Shown here one piece after another: positions 1-9,700 of a stretch of DNA of 64,000 bases. The notes under the pieces are model-generated. The model did not search any database and had not been told where the DNA came from. It worked only from the letters and a program-made list of their open reading frames with translations. The stretch's first letter is position 1; each line of letters starts with the position of its first letter. The position numbers and the translations under genes were made by a program. The stretch is from Bacillota bacterium (GTDB taxonomy: Bacteria; Bacillota; DTU025), in NCBI GenBank assembly GCA_050951805.1, contig JBMNJT010000002.1, positions 800,001 to 864,000 of the forward strand, read 5' to 3'.

Positions 1-1686
1 CGCTTCGACCTTGGATCTTGTTTCTGCAGGTACTTTGTCGCCCATTTCCCGCAGCGTCTTCTCTGTCACGTAGACGAGACTGTCGGCGGAGTTTTTGAGC
101 TCCACTTCCTCACGGCGTTTCTTGTCCTCTGCAGCAGCCCGTTCCGCTTCTCGAACCAGGTTTTCAACTTCATCCTTCGACAGCTGCGTTGATGCAGTGA
201 TCGTGATGCGTTGCTCTTTCCCGGTTCCAAGATCCTTGGCTGCGACATTGACTATTCCGTTGGCGTCTATATCGAATGACACCTCGATCTGCGGAACTCC
301 GCGAGGCGCCGGCGGGATGCCCTGCAGTGTAAATCGACCCAGCGTCCTGTTGTCGCGCGCGAATTCGCGCTCGCCCTGAAGAACATGAATCTCTACCGAG
401 GTCTGCCCGTCCTCTGCTGTCGTAAAGATTTGGCTCTTCCTCGTAGGTATCGTAGTGTTTCTCTCGATGAGCTTGGTGGAGACTCCGCCAAGGGTCTCGA
501 TCCCAAGGGAGAGGGGGGTGACGTCCAGCAGGACTACGTCCTTGACTTCACCGGCTAAGACGCCTGCCTGGATTGCCGCTCCGACAGCCACTACTTCGTC
601 TGGGTTCACTCCTCGGTGAGGCTCCTTGCCTGTAAGCCTCTTGACCAGTTCCTGAATGACTGGCATACGCGTGGCGCCACCCACGAGAATCACTTCATCG
701 ATGTCGTCTAAGGAGAGCTTTGCATCACTTAGCGCTTGCTTGAACGGCCTAGTGCATCTCTCTGTAAGGTCCGATGTGAGCTCTTCGAACTTTGCGCGAG
801 TGATCTTCGTTTCCAGGTGTTTTGGACCCGTCTGGTCTGCCGTGATGAACGGAAGACTGATATTGGTCTCATAAACCTGTGAAAGCTCGATCTTCGCCTT
901 CTCCGCCGCTTCTATCAGCCTTTGAAGGGCCTGACGATCCTTTCTCAGATCGATGCCCTGGTCGCGCTGGAATTCGTCGGCAATGTATTCGACCAATCTT
1001 TGGTCGTAGTCGTCTCCGCCCAGGTGAGTATCGCCTGCGGTAGACTTTACCTCGAATACCCCTTCGCCCACCTCAAGAATGGAGACGTCGAATGTGCCTC
1101 CGCCAAGGTCCCAGACGAGGATCGTCTCGTTTTTCTTCTTATCGAGCCCATATGCAAGCGCTGCGGCTGTTGGCTCGTTTATGATCCTCAGCACTTCGAG
1201 CCCGGCGATGCGTCCCGCGTCTTTGGTTGCCTGCCTCTGTGAATCATTGAAGTAGGCAGGGACTGTAATTACCGCCTTGGTAATCGGTTCGCCCAGGAAT
1301 TTCTCTGCATCCGTCTTCAGCTTTTGAAGTAACATCGCAGAGATTTCTTCAGGAGAGTAATCCCTGCCAGTTGCCGGCACGTCGATTTTGATGCCGTAAT
1401 TTGAGGAGGCTTTAACGTGGTAAGGTACGCGATTGCGTTCCTCCTCGACCTCGTCGAAGCGACGTCCCATAAATCTCTTGATAGAATACACAGTGTTTTC
1501 GGGATTCATAACAGCTTGTCGGCGTGCAAGTTGACCGACGAGCCTTTCGCCGCTCTTGCTGAAGCCGATTACCGACGGGGTTAATCGGGCTCCTTCCGAA
1601 TTCACTATTACCGTGGGGTTCCCACCCTCCATCACAGCAATTACTGAGTTTGTTGTGCCGAGGTCAATGCCAACAACTTTCCCCAT
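1..1686 (-). CDS. dnaK: Molecular chaperone DnaK (Hsp70), 3' end runs off the window
   Basis: Minus-strand ATG at 1686 reads [14 protein letters not shown]...; further motifs [45 protein letters not shown]. Not in the ORF track because no stop lies in the window. Confidence 0.97.
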   Translation of the reverse strand, partial: MGKVVGIDLGTTNSVIAVMEGGNPTVIVNSEGARLTPSVIGFSKSGERLVGQLARRQAVMNPENTVYSIKRFMGRRFDEVEEERNRVPYHVKASSNYGIKIDVPATGRDYSPEEISAMLLQKLKTDAEKFLGEPITKAVITVPAYFNDSQRQATKDAGRIAGLEVLRIINEPTAAALAYGLDKKKNETILVWDLGGGTFDVSILEVGEGVFEVKSTAGDTHLGGDDYDQRLVEYIADEFQRDQGIDLRKDRQALQRLIEAAEKAKIELSQVYETNISLPFITADQTGPKHLETKITRAKFEELTSDLTERCTRPFKQALSDAKLSLDDIDEVILVGGATRMPVIQELVKRLTGKEPHRGVNPDEVVAVGAAIQAGVLAGEVKDVVLLDVTPLSLGIETLGGVSTKLIERNTTIPTRKSQIFTTAEDGQTSVEIHVLQGEREFARDNRTLGRFTLQGIPPAPRGVPQIEVSFDIDANGIVNVAAKDLGTGKEQRITITASTQLSKDEVENLVREAERAAAEDKKRREEVELKNSADSLVYVTEKTLREMGDKVPAETRSKVEA

Positions 1687-1742
1687 TGTGATTCTCCCCT
1701 TCCGTTGCTCAACTAGAAAACTGGAACAATGGAAACCCTAAC

Positions 1743-2075
1743 TCAGGAGTTGCCGTTGCCTTCTCCAGGCTTGGCTTCGCGGGGAACGCTCTGCGTAACC
1801 TCGCGATACCTGATTGTTGTGTTCCCTTGTTTTGATTCAATCTCGAGGATCATTTTGACCCCCGCGAGGTTGACGCCCTCTTCCCGAACCAAGAAACAGA
1901 TTCGCTGCAAGAGCAGCAGGTCGTTTTCGGAGTAAAGCCTCGTGTTTGCTTCGGTTCGGGCAGGTTCAAGCAACCCTTCACGCTCGATCATCCTTAGGGT
2001 TTGCGGGCTTACTCCTAGCAAACGAGCAGCTACGCCAATGGTGTAGACTGGTTCATCAGGGCCGTGTAGCCTCAA
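1743..2075 (-). CDS. hspR: MerR-family heat-shock regulator, HspR-like
   Basis: PVYTIGVAARLLGVSPQTLRMIEREGLLEPART..RLYS..GVNLAGVKMIL is a typical HspR HTH; gene lies directly upstream of dnaK. Confidence 0.8.
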   Translation of the reverse strand: MRLHGPDEPVYTIGVAARLLGVSPQTLRMIEREGLLEPARTEANTRLYSENDLLLLQRICFLVREEGVNLAGVKMILEIESKQGNTTIRYREVTQSVPREAKPGEGNGNS

Positions 2076-2110
2076 CTTCGGTCACCTCGGATACTTTGGG
2101 TTCCTGTTAC

Positions 2111-2140
2111 ATTATAGATGAACTACAGCATCGGTGTCAA
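2111..2140 (-). promoter_or_regulatory. Sigma-A-type promoter of hspR-dnaK
   Basis: Minus strand TTGACA (2140-2135), 18-nt spacer, TATAAT (2116-2111). Confidence 0.75.
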
Positions 2141-2527
2141 GCGACTTGTCACAAAAATATAAGAAAGTTATATCGAGTGTGTTAATAAAGCTTACCCATA
2201 CGATTTAGATTATATGGCAGAGCCATTCCATATGTGGATTCTGTCATAGTGTCGTTTCCTGCAGAACAGAACGGTCTCTACGAGCTTGTGCAGGACACGG
2301 GTAAACCCGTCCTTGCGTCTGTCGTGCCCACAAGCGCATTGAGTTATCGAAAACTGCCTAACACAGCAAGCTTGGATAGGTGCTGCGCAATTATCGGATC
2401 TGTATTACTTGTAGCTGAAGCTCTTCTAGTTTGATTGGGCCAAGATATTCTTGCGAGTTGCTTGGGCAGCATAGGGCTTGGGGCTATTGGCAGCCATCTG
2501 CTTCATGCGGAACGTGGGAAGGAATAT

Positions 2528-2557
2528 GCCAGGCCACGCGCATGCGTGTGGCCTGGC
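2528..2557. terminator. GC-rich hairpin, probable terminator of the 2653-4359 gene
   Basis: Near-perfect inverted repeat gccaggccacgcgcatgcgtgtggcctggc. Confidence 0.5.
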
Positions 2558-2652
2558 GGGGTTGGGGGTGGGATGAAAGCACGATGAATGTGCCAAAATA
2601 CCATTTCCCCGATGTCAAAGGCAGCAGTTGGTGAGCATACCCGTGCTGCTGA

Positions 2653-4359
2653 TCACCAAGAAACCCCCAACTTGATTCGGTTGGGGTATTCCCATTCGAG
2701 AACCACGCCGTTTTTTGCCTCAAACCGCAGTGTCGAAGTTGACTTCCGGCATCCATCCGTCAAGGCTATTGTGTTTCTGTGGTCGTAGGTGAGCGGGCCA
2801 AAGTAGATGTCTAGCCTCAAGGAGGCGACCGGTGTTAGCCCTCCGGCAAGGCTTTTATCAGAAGCAAGGCCGAGTCCTGCCCGCACTTGTGTGATAAAGG
2901 ATCGCGCAATGGTTGTCTCGCCGATAAAGGTCCATTCCTGTGGACCTATTGACAACGCGGTGTTATTTCGGAACGCGGAGAGTTGCAGATCAATTCCGCC
3001 ATCTGAAACCATGAAGAAGTTTTTAGCTCTGTCGGCCTTTGTCGGGTTCTGTGGATCTATCTTCAATACTTGGCTGTACATTTCATACAGCCAGAAGGTG
3101 TCGGGAATTTGCGAAGGGTCAATATCGGGGCCTTTCATCAGAACGCCAACTACGCAATCGGTATCTACAAACCCTGTATGACATCCGCAAAATCCCACCG
3201 TGGTCCTGAGCCCCTTCGGTGGATTCAAAACGGCTACGATGTCGCCGGAAAGGGCATTGTCCATGTATCTGACTATCTGAACTGGCACGGCTGGGTAGCG
3301 CGAGGTGCATGTCATTTCCAGCCAATCTTGATCGGACAGAGGCCGCCCCAAACAGCCTAAATCGGCGTATCCGAAAGGATCTGGTCCTTCGCAGGAATAC
3401 GTTATCAGGTTGCCTTCAGATCTGAACATCACCTGGCCCTCTTTGTGAATGCCTATTATAAGGAACTCATCTGCGCGGTAGAAGGCAAAGTCGATTTCGT
3501 CCCGATTGGCGAGTTGCTCTGCCGTAGTCGCGGCAAGTGTTCTGTCCTTCAGATACAGGTTAGGGTAGTACACGAATTGTTCATTGTCACCCGCAGTTTC
3601 AGCCATGGCGCTTTCGGCATCATATGTCCGTTCGAACATCGACATGCCGTGGTCAGCATAGATAACCAGGTTAACAGGCTTCGAACCCAGCTGCTTCATT
3701 AGAATTCCTAGAAACTCGTCGAGTATCAGCAGACTTTCTCTTTGGGCTTCTTCACCGAAGACATGGCCATAAGAGTCGGTTATGAACCAAAAGAACTCGA
3801 CGATGTCATACTCATCGAGCAGCCGAGGAGTGTTAAGCAGAGCCCAGCCAGACAAATAGTCCATTCCGGGGATGCCATGGATGATCTGCGTGAGCGAGTA
3901 TGTGGGCAAGTGGGAAAAGAGTATTACTTGGGTTTCAATGCGCGATATGTGCCGTCCCGAGTTGCGGTCGTACATTTCCCACGTGATTGGAAGGGGTTGA
4001 TCTGGGCCTGCTCCGGTTTTAAGCCTTGGATAAAGCATTTCTGTGCCTGCGAAAAAGGGCGAGACCGCATAGCGGACCAATTTGCCGTCGTCGAAAACTG
4101 CCTTGATGTTCGGCAAATGGCCCGCATCGTATTCTTCGAAAAACAGTCTAGACGGTACGGCATCGACGTGGATTATGAGATAAGGTGCATGTAATCCGGA
4201 TTCGGCTCCCGCTGTTGCACTGCCGAAGAATATGAATATGCAGGCGACGGTGAGAACAGCAAAGGAGATCGTCTTTCCGTTTGAAGGAGCTGCAACTGAT
4301 GTCGGGCGATTCGTTTTCAAATAAGTCATCCTCCCAGCGTGGGACCGAGAATATCCCAT
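2653..4359 (-). CDS. Exported alkaline-phosphatase-superfamily (phosphodiesterase/nucleotide pyrophosphatase-like) protein with a beta-rich C-terminal domain
   Basis: Signal-like hydrophobic stretch; metal-site motifs IIHVDAV, TDSYGH, YADHGM, GCHTG; C-terminal alternating strands ending KLGVSW. True start probably slightly downstream of 4359. Confidence 0.7.
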   Translation of the reverse strand: MGYSRSHAGRMTYLKTNRPTSVAAPSNGKTISFAVLTVACIFIFFGSATAGAESGLHAPYLIIHVDAVPSRLFFEEYDAGHLPNIKAVFDDGKLVRYAVSPFFAGTEMLYPRLKTGAGPDQPLPITWEMYDRNSGRHISRIETQVILFSHLPTYSLTQIIHGIPGMDYLSGWALLNTPRLLDEYDIVEFFWFITDSYGHVFGEEAQRESLLILDEFLGILMKQLGSKPVNLVIYADHGMSMFERTYDAESAMAETAGDNEQFVYYPNLYLKDRTLAATTAEQLANRDEIDFAFYRADEFLIIGIHKEGQVMFRSEGNLITYSCEGPDPFGYADLGCLGRPLSDQDWLEMTCTSRYPAVPVQIVRYMDNALSGDIVAVLNPPKGLRTTVGFCGCHTGFVDTDCVVGVLMKGPDIDPSQIPDTFWLYEMYSQVLKIDPQNPTKADRAKNFFMVSDGGIDLQLSAFRNNTALSIGPQEWTFIGETTIARSFITQVRAGLGLASDKSLAGGLTPVASLRLDIYFGPLTYDHRNTIALTDGCRKSTSTLRFEAKNGVVLEWEYPNRIKLGVSW

Positions 4360-4679
4360 TATGCTCTATTTTATACTATATCTCTTATATGACGCTTGTA
4401 CGAGATAAATGCGAGTACAGCCTGAACCAATAATCAGTGGAGATTGTTCGGGTACCCCTGATTTGCATGATGGCGATCTGCGTAGTCGATGTATGCATCG
4501 AAGCCATGCTGTTTCAGATCAACGTGGCGGCAGTGGGCGAATGACAGGAAACAGTAGAGCATTGGAAAAGCTGCCGGGGAATATGGGGCAGTGTTGACTG
4601 AGCAATGTATGTGCGTTAGGATTAAATCAAAATGAATCCGACTAGAGACTGCATACCTGAAGGTTTTTGACATGGTTCA

Positions 4680-4768
4680 CTCAGAGCAGGCGATCCCCCT
4701 AGGTGGAATGGGGGGTGGGGCCGGGCCTCTAGGCAGCGAGTGCATTCCGCGGCGCTCGTGGGACTGAG
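4680..4768 (+). ncRNA. NiCo (czcD) metal-sensing riboswitch aptamer
   Basis: P1 CTCAG/CTGAG encloses the conserved GAGCAGGC...GCCGGGC...GGCAGC...GTGGGAC elements; lies upstream of a CDF exporter. Confidence 0.85.
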
Positions 4769-4835
4769 ATCATCGTAGAGTCCCGCGGGTGCCGTTTCGC
4801 TTCGGTCGGGGAGACTGCTTGCAAGGGGTGTTATT

Positions 4836-5846
4836 GTGAGAACAGAGAATTCTTCGGAAGACAGGTTCAAGATAGGGGCGAGGGTGTCATGGGGCAATAT
4901 GATTGCCAACTTGGGCCTCGTGGCGTTCAAGCTAATTGCGGGTATTGTGGGCAAAAGCTCGGCTATGGTGGCTGACGCCGCCCACTCAGCTTCTGATCTG
5001 TTGGCTACGGCTGTCGTCATTATGAGCCTCAGAGTATCGAAAAGGCCTGCCGATGTGGATCATCCCTACGGTCACGGCAAGGCTGAACCGGTAGCCGCCA
5101 AGATTGTTGGTTTGATCCTGATCATTGCAGGGTGTGCCATCGGATCGAATTCGGCTAGGAAGATCGCGGTGGGCGGGTATACAGAACCGGGCAAGATTGC
5201 CCTTGTGGCCGCCGTGGTGTCAATAGTTGTAAAGGAAGCCATGTATCGCATCACGGCTGCCACTGCAAAGGCAATAGAGAGCAGCGCAGTCATGGCGGAA
5301 GCACTGCATCACCGCTCTGATGCATATTCCTCAGTTGGAACATTCATAGGCATCCTCGGCGCCCGACTTGGAGTGCCTGTGCTCGATCCCATAGCCGGGA
5401 TAGTGGTAGCCGCCCTCATAGTCAAGATGGGCTTTGAGATCACGAGGAAGTCTTCTGACGAGCTCATGGATGCGCAGGCTGATCCGGACACGCTCCGTGC
5501 TGTGCAGGAGGCTATCGATTCTGTGGAAGGCGTAAGCGACGTGCATTACATGGCCGCGAGGCGCTATGGAGGCTATGCACACGTAGACTTGCGCATAGGA
5601 GTTGATCCTTCTTTGTCGGTGGTGGAGGGACACAACATAGCAGTGGCAGCTGAGAAGGCCATCAAAGGCGTGTGTCCACACGTAATAGGGGTCATGGTAC
5701 ATGTGGATCCGGAGTCTGTCCACGAGGATGATCCCATTGGTCACGGTTATGCCGATGTCTTTCAGCCGGAAAGCCCGCAGCGAATCGCTCAACCAAATGC
5801 TGCAGAAATGACAAGTGTGGTCGAGCCAAGCCATATTCGGGAGTAA
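4836..5846 (+). CDS. Cation diffusion facilitator (CzcD/FieF-like) metal efflux transporter
   Basis: ADAAHSASD, HPYGHGKAE, HHRSD, C-terminal VHVDP dimerisation domain. Confidence 0.95.
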   Translation: MRTENSSEDRFKIGARVSWGNMIANLGLVAFKLIAGIVGKSSAMVADAAHSASDLLATAVVIMSLRVSKRPADVDHPYGHGKAEPVAAKIVGLILIIAGCAIGSNSARKIAVGGYTEPGKIALVAAVVSIVVKEAMYRITAATAKAIESSAVMAEALHHRSDAYSSVGTFIGILGARLGVPVLDPIAGIVVAALIVKMGFEITRKSSDELMDAQADPDTLRAVQEAIDSVEGVSDVHYMAARRYGGYAHVDLRIGVDPSLSVVEGHNIAVAAEKAIKGVCPHVIGVMVHVDPESVHEDDPIGHGYADVFQPESPQRIAQPNAAEMTSVVEPSHIRE

Positions 5847-5976
5847 GTGTCTTATCGCCGCCCCCTCTCTTAAGTAGGACTGATGCTCTCATCTGTCGAA
5901 TACGCTTAGAGAGGGGCGCGGCACTGTCCCATCCAGACAATGCTCTTCATGCTCTCCTCTTAAAGGGTGTCTTCGA

Positions 5977-6744
5977 ATGAGGCTTTTCCTTTCGCGCAAA
6001 CAACATATGTTCGTATTGATGGTGGCATGCATTGCGTGTGTCATATTGGCCTATGCAGGCGTGGTCGGCGACAACGAGATGCCCGCTTCCCAAGGTGCCG
6101 CGGACTTTATATCTGCTGTAGACATGCCGGCGGCAGGAGCTTGGGATGTACTCTCGGAGCTTAACATGGTAGGTGTCTCAAACGTGGAAGGCCCTGTGAT
6201 TGCCATTGCGCGGGAGTGTGTGGCCCTCTCCGTTCGGGGGCAGCCTGTTCCATCAGCGACCGAGCTGATCAGGTCGGTCAGCGCGATTCCAGAGGTGGAA
6301 CAGGCTTTAACGCGTCGTTCTGCAGGGGCTTTTGTTACCGTTGTCAGGAACAACTCTGTTAGGGCCTGCGTCGGATCGATATGGCCAAGATGCGCCAATC
6401 TGGCGGAGGAGATAGCGCAGTCAGCTAGGGAGGTTGCAGCTCGCGATCTCAGGCGTCCTCCCATAGAACCCTGGGAGCTTCCGACTTGCGAATATGCAGT
6501 CTCTGTTGTGGGTCGACTTGAGAGGGTTTCCCCCGACGCAAACTGGGATCCGCGTGCTTTTGGGGTTTTTGTTAGAGCAGGTCACAGGTCTGGCGTGATT
6601 TTGCCTGGAGAGGCCTTGACACACTCTAAGCAATTGAGTTGGGCGAGGGATGAGGCAGGCATAGAGCTCGACGAAGAATGCGAGATTTATAGATTCCAGA
6701 CGGTCAAGTTCGGTTGCTCATTGGATTTGGGACGTGGCCGATAG
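5977..6744 (+). CDS. AMMECR1-domain protein with N-terminal signal/TM segment
   Basis: GAFVTV..RACVGS..DLRRPPI..SGVILPG; hydrophobic N-terminus. Confidence 0.8.
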   Translation: MRLFLSRKQHMFVLMVACIACVILAYAGVVGDNEMPASQGAADFISAVDMPAAGAWDVLSELNMVGVSNVEGPVIAIARECVALSVRGQPVPSATELIRSVSAIPEVEQALTRRSAGAFVTVVRNNSVRACVGSIWPRCANLAEEIAQSAREVAARDLRRPPIEPWELPTCEYAVSVVGRLERVSPDANWDPRAFGVFVRAGHRSGVILPGEALTHSKQLSWARDEAGIELDEECEIYRFQTVKFGCSLDLGRGR

Positions 6745-6762
6745 GGCTTGGAGGTAATGATT

Positions 6763-9700
6763 ATGCGTTGTCTAGGAAGATCAGCCCGCGTTAGCCATGC
6801 AATTGTTTTGGCCGCGCTTCTTGCCTTGTTTATGGCTCCAGCGGCGATGAGCGCGCGGGAACCGCAGGTGTGGCTTTTTGCAACGGCAAGGAATTACTTG
6901 CCCGAAAACGAACCTGAACTCGGAATCAGGGGCTACGGTGTAAAGGAACTTTGGCTTGATATTTACAAATTTGATGGCTTCCGGCACTTCAAGAATGGCG
7001 ATTGGAGTGCTCTGTGGAATGTGAACTACAAGGATCTGCCGGGGCGGGAAAAGGTGCGCTCTGTCCGTGTCGACATAGCGAGGCCAGGCGGCACGCTTGA
7101 TGCAGCCGTCAAACTTAAACCTCTGCCTCCAGGACAATACGTGGCAGTTGCCAGATCCGGGCAGCTCAAGACGGAGGAAGCGGCTTGGTTTGCCGTGAGC
7201 GAGTTGGGGCTGATCTCAAAGCAGTACTCGCGGGGGCTTGTAATCTATGCCGTCAACCTCAGAACAGGCGAACCCATGCCCAACGTGTCGGTATATGCTA
7301 AACTCTCGAGCATGAGCGGTTCTGATGCGTCTGAGCGTTTTGACCAAGAGACGGTGGAGTCTGGAGAAAAGGGCGATATCGGCGGGGCTGCTGTGGTGAG
7401 TGTCGGCTCCGTTTCTGTTCCAGGCGAAGTTTACGGGATGACAGACAATCGAGGGCTATTCACTATAGACCTGGCCGATTCTGCAGATTCGGCCTTTGTA
7501 GTGGCAGCAAAGGGCGATGACTTCGCCGTGCTCAACTCGTCTTACTGGTGGGATGCACGGACGCAAAAGGTTTATGTGTATACTGATAGACCTGTTTATC
7601 GGCCGAACAACGTTGTTTATTTCAAGGGAATCGCCCGGGGCATTACCAATTCGGGTTATGAAGTATTGGCCCGTCGACCTGTCAGGGTAGAAGTGCGCGA
7701 CCCTCGCAACAATGTCGTCTATAAGCAAGATTTGCTCACCAACGATTGGGGTTCTTTTTCGGGCGAGTTCAAGCTCGGAGCTGAACCGCCATTAGGCCAT
7801 TACTGGATATGTGCAATTGTTGACGGAGAGCAGCATGAAGGGAGCTTTCAGGTAGCGGAGTATCGAAAACCTGAATGGGTTGTGGAGATCGAGTTCGACA
7901 AAGAGATGTACATTGCCGGCGATCGTCTCGATGCCACGTGCAAAGCTCTTTACTATTTTGGAGCTCCTGTAAGGAATGCCCGGGTGGCCTATCGTGTCTA
8001 TCGCCAGCCCATGGGCTTTTTCGGCCCAACTGCGGAAGATTCGGGCTACGATTATGACCAGTATGGCGGCGTAGATGACATGGTTGGGTTGTATTATGGG
8101 GATTTTGTTCTTTCAGGCGAAACTCGGACCGACTCAGATGGCTTAGCGCGGATTTCCTTCGAGTCACCTGCAGCCGATGGCCATAATTACAGATATATAG
8201 TGGAAGCAGACGTCATTGACGCAACAAACAAGAGGGCATATGGAAGAGGATACACCGATGTTGCCAGAGGCACAATTGACGTCGACGTTTCGACTGACCG
8301 TTACGTAGTCCGGGAGGGAGACAAATTTGAAGTATACGCGAAAGCGGTCGATCTCGACGGCAACGGAGTGGTCAGGGACATCGATATTATCGTGCTCAAA
8401 CGGAGTTACAGCAAGAAAGGCTACACTGACACGCCTGTCCACTCAACCCGAATCACAACTGCTGCATCGGGCGATGGCTTCATTGAGCTGGAAGCAGGAA
8501 AACCCGGAGATTACGTAATTCAGGCCAAGTCCGAGGATGAACGTGGCAATGCCATAATCGCGGAGACCTATATTTGGACGACTCCGGACAATGGATCGTG
8601 GGCCGACATGTTCCGGACTGACCTGGGTATTGTGTGCGACCGAGGCAGATACGACGTAGGCGATGTTGCGAAGGTTCTGATTACTGCGCCGCCTGAGGTA
8701 AGCTCTGTCCTTCTTACAGTTGAGGACAGAGAAGTTCGGGATGTGCGCGTCATTAGGCTCGAGAACGGGTCAGCAGAGGTGGAACTGGCGATTAAGCCGG
8801 AATATGCCCCAAATACGTATGTGAGTGTTGTTGCAATAGTGTCAGGTGTTATGCAGACAGCGGCGCGCCAGATCGTGATCCCTGTTCCAGAACGTCTACT
8901 CAATGTCGAGATAAAGCCGAACAAAGACTCGTACCGTCCCGGGGAGACTGCAACGTATCTGATCGTGACTGAGAATTCTGATGGAGATGGTGTTCCAGCT
9001 GAAATATCCTTCGGTTTGGTGGACGAATCGATCTACGCGGTCAGGCCCGACACCACGCCTGCAATCGACAAGTTTTTCCACGGACGTCGCGAACGGACTG
9101 TCTCAACGGAGAACTCTTTTCCGGTGACTTATTATGGCGGCGCCGAGAAAGAAGGCGGCACAGAGGCGACACGCAAGTACTTCCCTGATACAGCCGCATG
9201 GTTTCCGTCTGTTGTGACAGACAGCAATGGTCATGCAGTGGTTCGGGTTAAGATGCCTGATTCGCTTACCACGTGGCGAGCTACGGTAAGGGCACATACG
9301 CGTTCCACCATTGTTGGGCAGGCCCAGGAAAAGGTGACCGTGAGCAAACCGCTTTCAATAAGACTTGGAATTCCGCGCCACTATACCATGGGCGACTGTG
9401 GGCGTGTAACGGGGGTTATTCATAACGAGACCAAGTGGCAGCGGATAGTCTTCGTGAACCTCAACGCGAGCGGCGCTAAGATCGTGGGCTGCTCATGGCA
9501 GTGGGTCAAAGTGCCTGCCAGTGGAGAAGCTGTGGTGGAATGGGAGGTAGAGCCGGAGACCGTGGGCGATGTGGTCTTCAAGGCAAATGCCTGGTCCTGG
9601 TTTGTTGGAGACAAACTCGCGTTGTCTGTCCCGGTTCTTCCGTTTGGAGAGAAGTGCGATGAAGTCTGGGCCGGCGAGGTGCGCCCTGACGGAGGGCGCG

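Noticed and set aside
2076-2230. HAIR or CIRCE operator
   Set aside because: No adequate match to CTTGAGT-N7-ACTCAAG or TTAGCACTC-N9-GAGTGCTAA.
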